A stretch of 64,000 nucleotides of DNA. It comes from Octopus sinensis. Taxonomy: Eukaryota. The stretch lies in contig NC_043012.1 of NCBI RefSeq assembly GCF_006345805.1, positions 25,048,001 to 25,112,000 of the forward strand. The letters are read 5' to 3'. The number at the start of each line of letters is the position of its first letter. Positions within the stretch are counted from its first letter, which is position 1. The notes beneath the pieces were generated by a model that was not told the origin of the DNA, ran no database searches, and saw only the letters and a program-made list of their open reading frames with translations. The position numbers were made by a program, and so were the translations under genes. Shown piece by piece: positions 24,947 to 36,951 of the stretch.

Positions 24947-25058
24947 ATTATTATTTCAAATTCCGTCCGGATCGATTTTGCTTTTCATCCCTCCGGTGGT
25001 CCGTGAAATAACGATCAGCTGTAACGTAATCGACTTATCTCACATCATTGTGCCAAAC

Positions 25059-25120
<62 letters not shown>

Positions 25121-25121
25121 G

Positions 25122-25661
25122 AGAGAGAGAGCAGTGCATGCCATCAAAGTGACACTGAGGTAAAATATACAAACCCAGTATACCCATCATGGCTACCTGT
25201 CTGATAAGGGAACACTAAGCACATGCAACACAACCATATGTGCGCAACATGGTGACCTCATATTAATATAAACAGCACATGACCTGGCAGATGGGGCCCA
25301 GTTAGAATTTTCTTCTGGTCGAGTAACCCATCCCGCTCAAAAGGTCCTTGAATAAGGGTTGTTTAAGTATGTTGAACAAAACACCGATATTTCCAGAGGT
25401 GAAACCCCAAAGAATCCATCTCAACACATGGCTATGATGCTATCCCACTACTTCTGCTCGTGATCAGAGATGCACACATCGTCAGCCACTAAGGGACATG
25501 CTCTACTGGTTATGGTTAAACAACTGACAAGCAAATCTGTGGTATTGAGCAGAATATTTGTTGTAGTCCATCTTTTATACCAAGACAAAACAATGTACAT
25601 AACACTTCCAATCAGTTAAGATCAGAAGCCATGAGAGCCACTGTCTGGTACTGCATCAGGA

Positions 25662-25663
<2 letters not shown>
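25122..25663. mobile_element. Family D non-autonomous element inserted in (ATT)n
   Basis: gagagcagtgcatgccatcaaagtgacac...ggtactgcatcagg; (ATT)n both sides; copies at 40700 and 51383. Confidence 0.9.
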
Positions 25664-25720
<57 letters not shown>

Positions 25721-26185
25721 GTCAAGACGAAGAGCGCAATTCAGTTGTAATAGATATTTTATTGGTTCAACGATATTTTTTCAGTAAGTCTGTCTTTGTC
25801 AAATTCAATATAAGAAGTGATAAAAATTCAAAATTATAGAAATTTAAATTTCTATAACTTTGCAATTTTTTCACATCATCATCATCATCATCATCATTAT
25901 TATTTTTGCTGTTGTTGTTGTTGTTATTGTTGTTGTTGTTATTATTATTATTGTTGTTGTTGTTGTTGTTATTATTATTATTATTTATAGGACTGAGGTA
26001 ACTCCTCTAGAAGATATAGAAGCAAAAATAGAAGAGTGCCAAAAAATATAAAGATATATAAATATTAACCAAAATGAAGTAGATCGACAAGCTTATTTTT
26101 TGAAACTGTGGAAGACACTCGAGATGTTGAAATATTGTTCACTTAATATTATTATTATTATTATTATTATTATTGTTATTATTGT

Positions 26186-26217
<32 letters not shown>

Positions 26218-26249
26218 CTGTTGTTGATATTGTGGTTGTTGTTGTTTCC

Positions 26250-27525
26250 TTTGCATAACTTCTAACGCTGGAGATGTACTAGAGTGTCAGCTGTTCACGG
26301 CCAGTGAACTAAGGTAACACTTCTTATTTTTCGAGCCCCTTCCGGAGTATTCGAGCAGTCCCAAGCAGTGCTGTTTTTTGCAAGTGCTCCACACTTATTG
26401 CAGCCCCTATTTGTTCCACGTACCTCTCGAGATTTTTGCTCACTTTTTCCAGGGCTTCGACAATTATTGGTACTACTGCTACCTTTTTCATTGACCACAA
26501 CTACTTAACTTCCCAAGCTAACCTGTCATATCTCTCGACTTTTCTTTCTTGCTTATCGCATACCTTGTTGTCGGCTGGGCATGCTATGTATATGATCCAG
26601 CATAGTTTGTTTTCTTTCTCAATTAAGACTATGTCCTATGTCCTGTTTCCTATTCTCAATCTCATGGTCGCACTGAATTATAAAATCCTATAGGATCTTT
26701 GCATTTCTACTTTCGACAATGCCTTCAGGTTTGTTGTACCAATTTTTTACTCTGTCAAGTCTATACTTTTTGCAAAGTGTCAAATGGACAAGTCTGGCTA
26801 TATTACCGTGGCGTCTCTTATATTCCTTCTTGGCTAGTGGTGTATATTGGCTGCCAATATGCCATATGGTTTCACCGCTTTGTACACTGATTCTGCACTT
26901 ATCACATTCTGATGTATTGTCTATTCTGTATTTTATGTAGCTTGTTCTTAGTGCTTGATCTTGGGCAGCACAGATTAGGGCCTCCGTTTCCGGTTTTAAA
27001 TCACTTTTAGTCATCCACAGCCATCTTTTTTCTCAGTCTGTCTTATCTTCAAATCCTTAAGAAATTGTTCATGCATTTTTTCTTTACCCACCTCTTTTCA
27101 GTTTCATTCGTTTTCAATTTCTTGTATAGTGCTTTATCATTGCAATCTCTTTCATCCTGACCTTTCTACTTCTAATAATAGCGTTTCTGTGGAATTTTTT
27201 TTACATACCATGCTATGTTGTTTTCCTCTGCTCTAAAGCTGTATTCGCATCCAATAATTCCTCTTTCCCCTCTTTTTCTTGGTACATACAGTCTGTCTGT
27301 TTCACTTTTTGGCTGGAGTGACCCATATCTAGTTAGCAACTTCATTAGCTTTCTGTCGAAGCTGTTTAGTTCGTCTACTGTCCATGCGATTCCCCCTGCT
27401 CCATATCTAAGTAGTGAAACCGCCCAGGTGCTGATACCTTCGATCTTATTCCTTCCGTTTAATTTTGCAATTAGGTTTATCGTCTTCTTTTAGATCATCT
27501 ATATGTCTCTCATCAAGTAAGCTAC
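26250..27525 (-). mobile_element. R4/Dong-type (RLE) non-LTR retrotransposon, 5'-truncated and decayed
   Basis: RT thumb WAVSLLRYGAG...DRLYVPRKRG; LKPETEALICAAQDQALRT; Zn-knuckle region; KRRH; LGTARILRK. Confidence 0.92.
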
Positions 27526-28069
27526 CACTGCTCCTTTCCTGTGCTATGAGATTTCTCTTATTAGTAATTAATATTACTCAACTTTTTTCCTGTTCCTGAG
27601 CAGTTATGATTAGCGTCACTGTGTCTCGTGTCTGCCTTTTGTTTCAAGTTCCCGCTCGTCAGCCAGAGCCGGTGATCTTTGCTTCAAATATTCACGTCAT
27701 GTTACATGAATTTGAAATGCAATTCCCTTTCTTTCCAGTTGCTTGTTCTGTTGTTCTACCGTTTGCCTTTCAATTCTTCTACTGTTTCAGTCACTTGTTG
27801 GGTATCTCTGGCTACCGACAGTTTTCTTTCTTTACTCGACACAACATAATTTTTCAGGGCCAGTATCGCAGTACTATCACTGTTTTCTGCGTTTAGTAAT
27901 CCTCTGGCACCTCCTTTTCTATGTAGGTTTTACTTTTAGTCGTTCCATGAAACTTTTAGGGTGGACAGCGTTGTGCATTGTGAGCGGCTTTCTAGTTATC
28001 CATGTTTTGTATCTCGACCTTTGGTCATCTCAAAAAAGAAGTAGCATAGCCTACTTTCTAATATTTTGG

Positions 28070-28249
28070 CCTTCTTTCTTCTCTTCTTCTTCTTCTTCTT
28101 CTTCTTCTTCTTCTTCTTCTTCTTCTTCTTCTTCTTCGTCCTCTTCCTTTTCTTCATTTTTTCTCCCCTCCCTCCTCTTCTCCTTAATATTGCTATTATT
28201 TTTATTTCAACAAAAAAGAGCTGCAAAACCCACTTTCTGGTATTTTATC

Positions 28250-28284
<35 letters not shown>

Positions 28285-28432
28285 CTTCTTCTTCTTCTTC
28301 TTCTTCTTCTTCTTCTTCTTCCTTTTTCTTCTCCACCTTTTCCTTATTTTTCTTCATCTTCCACTCCTCCTCTTTCTCCTCTTTCTTTCTTCTTCTCCGC
28401 CTCCTTTTCCTTCTCTTCCTCCGCCCACTTCT

Positions 28433-28465
<33 letters not shown>

Positions 28466-28524
28466 TTGTTCTTGTTATTATTATTATCATTATTATTATT
28501 ATCGTTATCCTCGCCATCATCAGC

Positions 28525-28563
<39 letters not shown>

Positions 28564-28580
28564 GTCATCATCATCATCAA
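28070..28580. repeat. (CTT)n/(GTT)n/(AAT)n/(CAT)n mosaic
   Basis: Visible arrays. Confidence 0.95.
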
Positions 28581-29174
28581 TTCATTTCCTCTATATCAAA
28601 TACTGTACCAGACATATGCTGAGAGCAGCTTCGATTCACAGAACCAAGTTTCTCTCTCTCTCGCTCCCTCTCTCCTCTCCTCTCTCCCTCATCTATCCCC
28701 TCCCCTCTCTATCTTTTCTTTCTCTGTCTGTCCATAGTACTTACGAGTTTGTTTGAACTAAGGAAATCAATATTTGGAAGGCGATCTAAAACAAAAACAG
28801 ATTTACTGATAAAGCTAGTTGCACGGTTTTTATAACGAGTTATTATCAAACCGGAATCATATTACAAAAGCAATATCTAGAGACACAAGGAACTACGAAG
28901 AAAAATATTATCCCACATTGCAAGAAAAGTAAACAAAATACATGATCACAAGAAAAAAAAAAACAATAATCAAAAAACAGAAAAAAACCCCCAGAAAAAG
29001 CGTAAGGAAATGAGCACTGAAATGACGTCATAGATATGCAAATATTCATTTAAACTGATTTGCAAATAAAGATTATGAAGGGAAGATGGAAGAGATGGGA
29101 GCAAAACACATGGATTAGTTACGAGATAGAATTAAATATCAGAAGGTAGTATACTAGTACATATATATATATAT

Positions 29175-29208
<34 letters not shown>

Positions 29209-29242
29209 ATATATACTTTATTTAAGCAGCAGAAAATTCAAC

Positions 29243-29289
29243 AAAATCTGTTACTCTGAGTTTCTCGTTGTCGTTCATCAGACAGTTTT
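29243..29289 (-). ncRNA. Minimal type I hammerhead
   Basis: aaaactgt-CTGATGA-acg(acaa)cga-GAAAC-tcaga-GTA-acagatttt. Confidence 0.75.
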
Positions 29290-29292
29290 TGC

Positions 29293-29330
29293 TTGTCTGA
29301 TGAACGGCAACGAGAAACTCAGAGTAACAG
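29293..29330 (+). ncRNA. Minimal type I hammerhead (inverted twin)
   Basis: ttgt-CTGATGA-acg(gcaa)cga-GAAAC-tcaga-GTA-acag; GNRA loop in helix II. Confidence 0.75.
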
Positions 29331-29437
29331 ATTTTGTTGAATTTTCTGCTGCTTAAAATAAAGCATATTACTCTACCACTGGTATTGACTACTTTTTTCC
29401 ACCTTGTTTCACATTTATGTGTTTACTCCGGTATAAT

Positions 29438-29475
<38 letters not shown>

Positions 29476-29490
29476 CCAAAATATATAATA

Positions 29491-30360
29491 TACGGTCGGT
29501 TCAATAAGTATCCGGACTGTTGCCATAGTAACAAAGATGTAGCACGCAGGGTGAAGCCGCTTGGTACAGATTCATCTTGAACGCTGCCGTGTATCAACAC
29601 TAAGTTTTAACGTTCTAGCTCTCTCCTGCTGTTTACAGCAGTACTTGGAACGCTTGGAAGGAAGGTGTGTAGCGTGTGATCGTCGAATTGAACATAACAG
29701 ATATTTGAACAGAGAATCTGCATCAAATTTTGTCAAAAGCTTGGCGATATTTGCTCAAAGGCGTACGCAAAGTCTTCAAAAAGTTTTCATTGTTCTCGAC
29801 ACAATGAAGTAGAAGTTGTGCAACTGAAACCCGTGTATCCTTTTGGTCAGCTGAAAGCAGTTTTAGCACAAACTTGGCAGACACGTTTCTCATACCCAAA
29901 TCTTCAGTGATAATGGACTGAACTGAACTGTAAATAATCTGCACTTCCTCTCATATCTCAAGCATGGTGATTCGACGATTACACCTCACTACTGCACGCA
30001 CATCTACAATACAATGATTTTCTTAGTTCTGCTGGCTGCGGGCCTCGCAGAACGTTAGTCAACATCGACATTTTTCGGCCACCTTGGAAACGTCTGATCT
30101 ACTCGTACACGAGTGCGGCTCAGACGCTCTTCTCCGCACGCTTTCTGTGACTTTGCATAGGCCTCTGAGCAGGTTTAGTTGTGACATCTTTCTCTACCAT
30201 AGTCACGCCTTCCTCCCAAGCAGTGCTGTAAACAGCGGAAATAAACTAGAACGTTAAAATTTAGTGCGAATGCACAGCAGAGTCCAAGGTCAATATTTGC
30301 CAAGCGGAAGCGGCTTTACTCTGCGTGCTTTAGTTTCGTTACTATGTCAAAAGTCCGTCG
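29491..30360. mobile_element. Mariner-derived non-autonomous element made of two opposed 5' ends
   Basis: Plus: EQRICIKFCQKLG..KAYAKS; minus: EAYAKSQ...DLGMRNVSAKFVLKLLS...ENFLK; ~190-bp diverged inverted termini. Confidence 0.85.
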
Positions 30361-30361
30361 T

Positions 30362-30605
30362 TTATGCCTTTCAGTCACTTGACTGCGGCCATGCTGCAGA
30401 ACCGTCTTAAGGGGTTTTACTCAGAGAAATCGACCCAGGACTTATTCTTTGTAAGCCTAGTACTTATTGTATTGATGTCTTTTGTTGAAGCGCTAATGTT
30501 ACGGGGACATAAGCACATCAACATCGGTTGTCAAGCGATGGTGATGGGACAAATATAGACCAAAAGACACGCACACGCATATATATATATATATTATATA
30601 ATATA

Positions 30606-30640
<35 letters not shown>
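30362..30640 (-). mobile_element. SINE family A 3' half
   Basis: ttcagtcacttgactgcggccatgctgcag...catcggttgtcaagcgatg. Confidence 0.8.
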
Positions 30641-30673
<33 letters not shown>

Positions 30674-30904
30674 TAGAAGGTTTGGGATGATGATGTACAG
30701 TTATCATATATCGGAAGAAATGAGGTACTTAGAAATCTGGACGGTTTTATATTTACAGATATTTATTTAATATGTCACATGTTTTTATAAATCATATATT
30801 AGCGCTTGCGTCCACTTTCGTTTTCTACATTCCAGTGATAGAGCCTTGAATCTTCGTTAGAAACTAACTCCTGTCTCAGACAAACAGTCTAAATAATTAA
30901 AAAG

Positions 30905-31100
30905 AGAGCACTTGCATAATATAAGTCGCTAGCCACTACACATTCTTTATTTTCTCTCCTTGTTTCTTTCTGTGTTCCTTTCTGTGGAAGAGCGTAGGCT
31001 AGAAACGTTAAAGACTTTTCACTTCCCGAGCGTTATACTAATACATCTGTTTTGTTGTTACACCAGCTGTCTTCGTCTTATGTTTTTGTGAATTCTCCCC
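30905..31100 (+). mobile_element. Short Penelope-tail-like repeat with variant hammerhead at 30978-31013
   Basis: cttt-CTGTGGA-a-gagc(gtag)gcta-GAAAC-GTT-aaag; homologous to 1070-1258. Confidence 0.65.
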
Positions 31101-31114
31101 CTATGTATATATAT

Positions 31115-31161
<47 letters not shown>

Positions 31162-32164
31162 GTATATATACATATACATACATGCATACATACGTACATG
31201 CATACATATATACATGCATACATACATACATGCATACATACATACATAATGCATATATATATTCATACAACAATGCATACATATATGCATACATACATAC
31301 ATTCATGCATACATACATACATACATACATACATACAGGCATGCATGCATACATGCGTACATACATACATACATTACATAGATGCATACATACATACATA
31401 CTCTCACACATGCATACAAACACACATACATCATAATGCCTGATTTTTGATGTATTGAAACAGATTTCGGTAAGATCATTATGCCACTAAAGAACACACG
31501 CACTGATTCTATATTACATCTTTAATATCGGTAAACTCTCACAAATTTACCAGAAAACTTATTAGTCCACCACATGGATGAGACACCATTCAACGATTTC
31601 AGAAGAAACGATAACAGTTATTCAGAAAAATTTGAATTCAGAATTTGAAGGAATATATAAATTTTAAAAAAGATGAGCACATGGAAATTCCACGTTTTAA
31701 AATTATCTTAATTTTAATTTTTTTTACAGCAATCTATCGATCTTGATCACGTTATTTCATTATGTTAAATTTTTGATTCTTTCTGATTATCAAGATCCAC
31801 GGTGAATGTTGTCTAAATCTAACTTTCGATATTAGCTCCATATGTTTAAGATTGCGCGTATCATATATCCGATCTCATAGTTTATGCTGTTAGAAAACTA
31901 TTATACGAACACACGAACGTCGTGACAAGCAGAATAATATTGGAGATTAATGACAACAAGTCACTGATCAAACATCGAAAATGCATGACCTAAAACATCG
32001 AAAAAACCTTGTGCTTAATATGACAACAGAAGAAAACGGAAGATTAGGAGTTTTAAAACGTTTTTTTAGTATTCTGTAAGATTGCTGAGGGGAATAATTT
32101 ACGTAGTCGCCTGTGGTATTCACCTCCGTTGTGTCGTATATTTGACTCTCTTTTACACGCACAC

Positions 32165-32570
32165 AAGCGCAGACATTGCTTTGTGGTAAGAAGCTTGCTT
32201 CCCAGCCACATGGATCTGGGTTCAGTCCCACTGCTTGGCACCTTGGGCAAGCGTCTTCTTCTATAGCCTCGGGCTGACCAAAGACTTATGAGTGGATTTG
32301 GAAGACGGAAACTGGAAGAAGACCTTCGTATATATGTGTGTGTGTGTGCGTGCACGCAAGTGTGTGTGTGGTGTGTGTGTGTGTGTGTGTGTGTATGTGA
32401 GTGTGTGTGAGTGTGTGACTTTGTGTCCTTATTTGTCCACCACGATGACTTGACAACCGGTACTTAAGTTAGCAGTTTGGCAAAAGAAACCGTTATACTT
32501 CATACCAGGCTGGGTTGATTCATTCGACTAAGAATTCTCCAAACTAGTATACCCCAGCATAGCCTTATAG
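32165..32570 (+). mobile_element. SINE family A, diverged
   Basis: Head gtggtaagaagcttgcttccc, internal (TG)n, decayed tail. Confidence 0.8.
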
Positions 32571-32756
32571 AAGGAAATAAATGTAAAAGATAAAAAGACG
32601 AAGATAACAAATGCACACATATACACACATGTGCGCACACACGCAAACACATGTATGTATATAAAAATTAAATGTAAAGGAAATAAAAAAAAGACAAAAA
32701 TAAAGTTAACTGTGTCGATTGGTACATGCGTAGATAGACTGACAGAGCTAGATACA

Positions 32757-33288
32757 TAAGAGGAGCTGCTGAGAAGTTCCTGGTTTTAAGAGTATCGCTA
32801 AAGGCTTATTTGGAGGCCCAAAACTCCGAGTTCTTTTACTGGCCCTAGAAAAACTGAAGGACTGCTGCAATAAGTATATGAACCTGAGAAGGGAATGTTT
32901 TGAATAAAATCATAATAAATTGATCCTCCCTAAATTTTTTTTTTACTTAAGGCCCAAAGTTTAGTTGGTGTCCCAAACCTCCGAGTTCTTTTACTAGCCC
33001 TAGAAAAACTGAAGGACTGCTGCAATAAGTATGTGAATCTGAGAGGGGAATGTTTTTGATAAAATCATAATTAATTGATCCTCCTAAATTTTCTTTTACC
33101 TGAGGCCCAAGGCTTAGTTGGAGGCACAAACCTGTGTGCTCTTTTACTGGCCCTAGAAAAAACTGAAAAACTCCGGAAATAAGTATGTGAATCTGAGAGG
33201 GGAATGTGTTGAATAAAATCATTATTAACTGATCTTCCTAATTTTTTTTTTTTACTTAAAGCCCGGAATTTTTCAGCATCCACTCGTA
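32757..33288 (+). mobile_element. Mariner MITE with a triplicated ~154-bp 3' subterminal unit
   Basis: TIRs gaggagctgctgagaagttcctgg / cccggaatttttcagcatccactcgta; units start at 32812, 32967 and 33120. Confidence 0.85.
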
Positions 33289-33417
33289 TGTATGTAGATA
33301 TATATGACAATAGAATGAAAAATAAGTTGATGATGGAACAAATATATTGAGAATTTTTGGTAGTTTGATGGATTGATAAAAATATAGATTGAAATAAACA
33401 GTGATATATCGATACTT

Positions 33418-33635
33418 TAAGGCAACGAGCTGGCAAAATATTCAGCACGCCGGACGAAATAGAAATGCTTAGCGGCATTTTGTCCGTCGCAGCTTTCTGA
33501 GTTCAAACTCTACCAAAGTCAACTTTACCTTTCATCCTTTCGTGGACGACAAAATAAGTATAGTTTGTGCTCTGGGGTCGATGTAATCGACTTATCCCCC
33601 TCTCCTGCGTTTGCTGGTCTTGTGTCAAAATTTCA
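33418..33635 (+). mobile_element. SINE family B, diverged
   Basis: ggcaacgagctggcaaaa...gagttcaaactc...ggggtcgatgtaatcgac. Confidence 0.8.
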
Positions 33636-34377
33636 AGCCGGTATATAGATACTTTATATATATAGTAACGTATTAACCCTATAACAAGCAGAAACGATAG
33701 ATTTTTTAACAATATTACGTGGTTTACTCAACTAAGAACATGTCCATTTCACTTAATGAACTTCAAATCAGGCGGAGAATTCTAATCAAATAGAATTCAT
33801 ACCTTCAAATGTTCGCTATCATTGAATCTAATGTAAACCGTTCTGACATTAAAATGCTCCACCAAACATCAATGATTTGGAAAACCTCTAACCATAATAC
33901 CTTATTTGTCCACTAATCTCAAGTTACATATTTCCATATACATTAAAATTAATAATACCACCTCATATAAAGCCAAATTAAAGAGATTATTTGAATACAT
34001 AGATATTTACTGATACAAGTCAAAATCATGTCGGCCGAATGGCCTGGAGTAACGTGAAGTGACGTTTTGCTGAAGAACACAATGTGACGCCCAGCCCTGG
34101 AGACGAAACGTCAGCCTGTCAATTGTCAGGGCATCACTAAACCACGCTCCTTCGCGCCAAAGATAAGAAAATATCAGCTGCGAAGTTTTGAAATGTAAAC
34201 TTAAAATTAAAAATCATTAGATAGAAGTCGATGAGAAACTAGAGGAATTACGTGAAAACTTGGCGTTTGTCACAATAAAAGATCGTAGATATTGATATGA
34301 CTTAGAATCGAACTCAGATTGTAATTATTTACGTTATTTACATTTGCCGGATATTTGTCCTCATGTGGTTTATTGTT

Positions 34378-34423
34378 AACACAACGTTTCGACTGATATA
34401 CTCTCCAGCCTTCATCAGGTGTC
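34378..34423 (-). ncRNA. Minimal type I hammerhead, all core nucleotides intact
   Basis: gacac-CTGATGA-a-ggctg(gagagtatat)cagtc-GAAAC-GTT-gtgtt; palindrome aacgtt. Confidence 0.82.
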
Positions 34424-34486
34424 TTGGGGAAATTTCGAACTTGGGTTCTCATTCCTAAAGTATTTTTCGATATTATTATTATTATT

Positions 34487-34517
<31 letters not shown>

Positions 34518-34565
34518 TATCATTATTATTATTATAATTATCATCATCATCATTATCATTATTAC

Positions 34566-34624
<59 letters not shown>

Positions 34625-34644
34625 TATTATTCCATATGCCCATA

Positions 34645-34745
34645 GGCATATGGCATAGTGGTTAAGAGTGCGGACTCCTAACCCCAAGATTCAGAGTTTG
34701 ATTCCAAGCAGTGACCTGAATAATAATAATATAATAATAATAATA

Positions 34746-34792
<47 letters not shown>

Positions 34793-34965
34793 TCTATAAA
34801 TATTTTAGGAATGAGAACCCAAGTTCGAAATTTCCCCAAGACACCTGATGAAGGCTGGAGGCTACATCAGCCGAAAAGTTGTGTTAACAACAAAGATGAG
34901 GACAAATATCCGTCAAATGTTAATAATGTAAATAAGGTACATAATTCCTCAGCTCTTAAATATAG
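34645..34965 (+). mobile_element. tRNA-headed SINE with (TAA)n spacer and hammerhead-containing tail
   Basis: A box tggcatagtgg 34651-34661; B-box-like gagtttgattcc 34694-34705; (TAA)n; tail homologous to the inverted copy at 34300-34470. Confidence 0.8.
34840..34885 (+). ncRNA. Minimal type I hammerhead (C15.2A substitution)
   Basis: gacac-CTGATGA-a-ggctg(gaggctacat)cagcc-GAAAA-GTT-gtgtt. Confidence 0.72.
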
Positions 34966-35149
34966 AACTGTCTCAGATTGTAAGCTAACCAATCTTGGCT
35001 AAATCTGAAAATGCGTTGACCAACACTTAAATTATTTCGTAAGTTCGAATTTAATATTAGGGCAGCTATGGGAGACGTTTTGTCCGACGCGCTAAGGATA
35101 CTGTCAGTTCGCTGTCTTCGCCGTTTCTAAACATACCAGCGGTCACGTA

Positions 35150-35420
35150 CTAGGCAAATTAAAGAATGATATGAACAAATTCTTCATTGTTTAGGGATAA
35201 ACACCCAAAATTGCGAAATGCCTCATCGTTGACAAATTCATAGACGTCACACTCAAACTTAGTACCAAGCAAAACATTTAAGAAATCCAATGAGGAAATG
35301 TTTTATATAAGCACATGATCGTGTAACTCGAACATTAACCGTGTAAATCACAGTTCAGATTGGAAAGAAGAGAATAACAGACTTGTCAGCATAATTTTTC
35401 ATTAAACAGCTTCCTGCTTT
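35150..35420 (+). mobile_element. Old Penelope RT-thumb remnant (tentative)
   Basis: Broken frames give IDVTLKL and KKSNEEMFYIS, resembling PLE FLDVT.DL...RKPN.EPLYI. Confidence 0.35.
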
Positions 35421-35469
35421 AACCGGAGTTACTAATGGCTAAGGAATTCAAGATAAAATGCATTAGATC

Positions 35470-35695
35470 ACAACAATATTCTTTTCTACTCTAGGCCCAA
35501 GGCTCAAAATTTTTTAGGGGAAAGACCAGTCGATTAGATCAACCTCCAGTACGTAACTGGTACTTATTTTATCGACCCCGAAGAAAAGACAAAGTCGACC
35601 TCGGCGGAATTTGAACTCAGAACGTAAAGACAGACGAAATACCGCTAAGCATTTCGCCCGGCGTGCTAATATTTCTGCCAGCTCGCCGCCTTTAG
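35470..35695 (-). mobile_element. SINE family B
   Basis: Reverse complement of B consensus ending ctgccagctcgccgcc. Confidence 0.88.
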
Positions 35696-35821
35696 TTTCC
35701 AACAACATAAAAAAAATGCTGGAGAACTCCTAAGAATAATACATGGTGTAATGTTATCTGGTTGCCTACTTCTCACACACTGTATGGTAAAATGTAGGTA
35801 ATATAATTCTTAGAGAACGCA

Positions 35822-36110
35822 GATGTCTTAGCAGGTAGAGCATCGGCTCACAATCACAAGGTTATGAGTTCAACGGGCTTTGTGTTGTGTTCTTGAGCAA
35901 GTCACTTTATTTCACGTTGCTCCAATCTACTCAGGTGCCATGCTGTATAGGCCTTTTCCTTTCCCTTTACCATCAGTGGTGTGGAGAGGACAGGCTCATA
36001 TGCATGTGTGACTGCTGGTCTTCCATAAACAACCTTACCCTGACTCGTGTGCCTCGGAGGGAATTTCCAAGATGCAATCCCATGGTCATTTACGAACGAA
36101 GAGGGTCTTT
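35822..36110 (+). mobile_element. tRNA-headed SINE, C-related, diverged
   Basis: gttgtgttcttgagcaagtcactttatttcacgttgctcc; body similar to 5762-6010. Confidence 0.65.
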
Positions 36111-36202
36111 ACCTTACCTACCATATTTAATTATTTAACAGATGAGTGTATATCGACCAAACTTACATATAGGAGCTTATTTAACTGAAATTTATTTAAC
36201 AG

Positions 36203-36360
36203 GCACAGCCGAAAGTTCGGTTCTAGTTGAATCTCGGAGATATAATATCATGCAAACCCAAAAACAGCTTCGCCGAAGGGAAACTTGCCTGTTGAACGAA
36301 GCTTACTATACGAAAGCAATTATAAATTTAGCAGAATTTAACACTGAAATCACAGCATAA
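36203..36360 (+). CDS. Weak candidate terminal exon (phase 1)
   Basis: ttatttaacag acceptor, open non-repetitive frame to TAA; no recognised homology. Confidence 0.15.
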
Positions 36361-36795
36361 GATAAAACATCAAACGGTATAATAGTATGATCGAAGGAAA
36401 TTTTATGAGACGGCAGCATGGCTTTCTTTGTAATTTCAGTCTCACAGATGTGCAGTATGAAACTAAGCCTTATCTGAACGTCGAAACAGAAGATCGTGAA
36501 TTATAGAGTATATTGGAAGACACCGGAAAATTATAGTCCATAAAAGAATGGAATAGAAAATTGCAATGTAGACACTGCTCAGAAGAATATCCACAGTTCT
36601 TACGTCACCAGTAAAGAAAACAAAACACCTTCAACGTCTTCACACTACTGGAGAAGAGTTGAGATTACCTCCCTTTCATATTTGAAGTTGGTTGCAGTTG
36701 CCACTATACATTTCTCTATCTCCCTTTCTCTTTCTTTCTCTTTCTCTTTGTCCCTCCCCTCCCTCCCTCCCTCTCCCTCTCTTTCTTTCTTTCTC

Positions 36796-36827
<32 letters not shown>

Positions 36828-36951
36828 TCCTTCCTTCTTTCTATCTATCTATCTTTCTATCTATCTATTGGTCTGTCTTTCTTTCTCTCTTTTCTACTCA
36901 AAGGGAAGTTGTTTTAAATAAATCGATTACGCTTTTACTCATCTTAGTATA

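Noticed and set aside
25560-25663. HDV-like ribozyme at the family D end (minus strand)
   Set aside because: P3/L3- and P2-like pieces exist, but no P1 or P1.1 can be built.
34070-34120. CTGAAGA...GAAACGTC hammerhead
   Set aside because: It is the reverse complement of a SINE-C head; no helix I or II.
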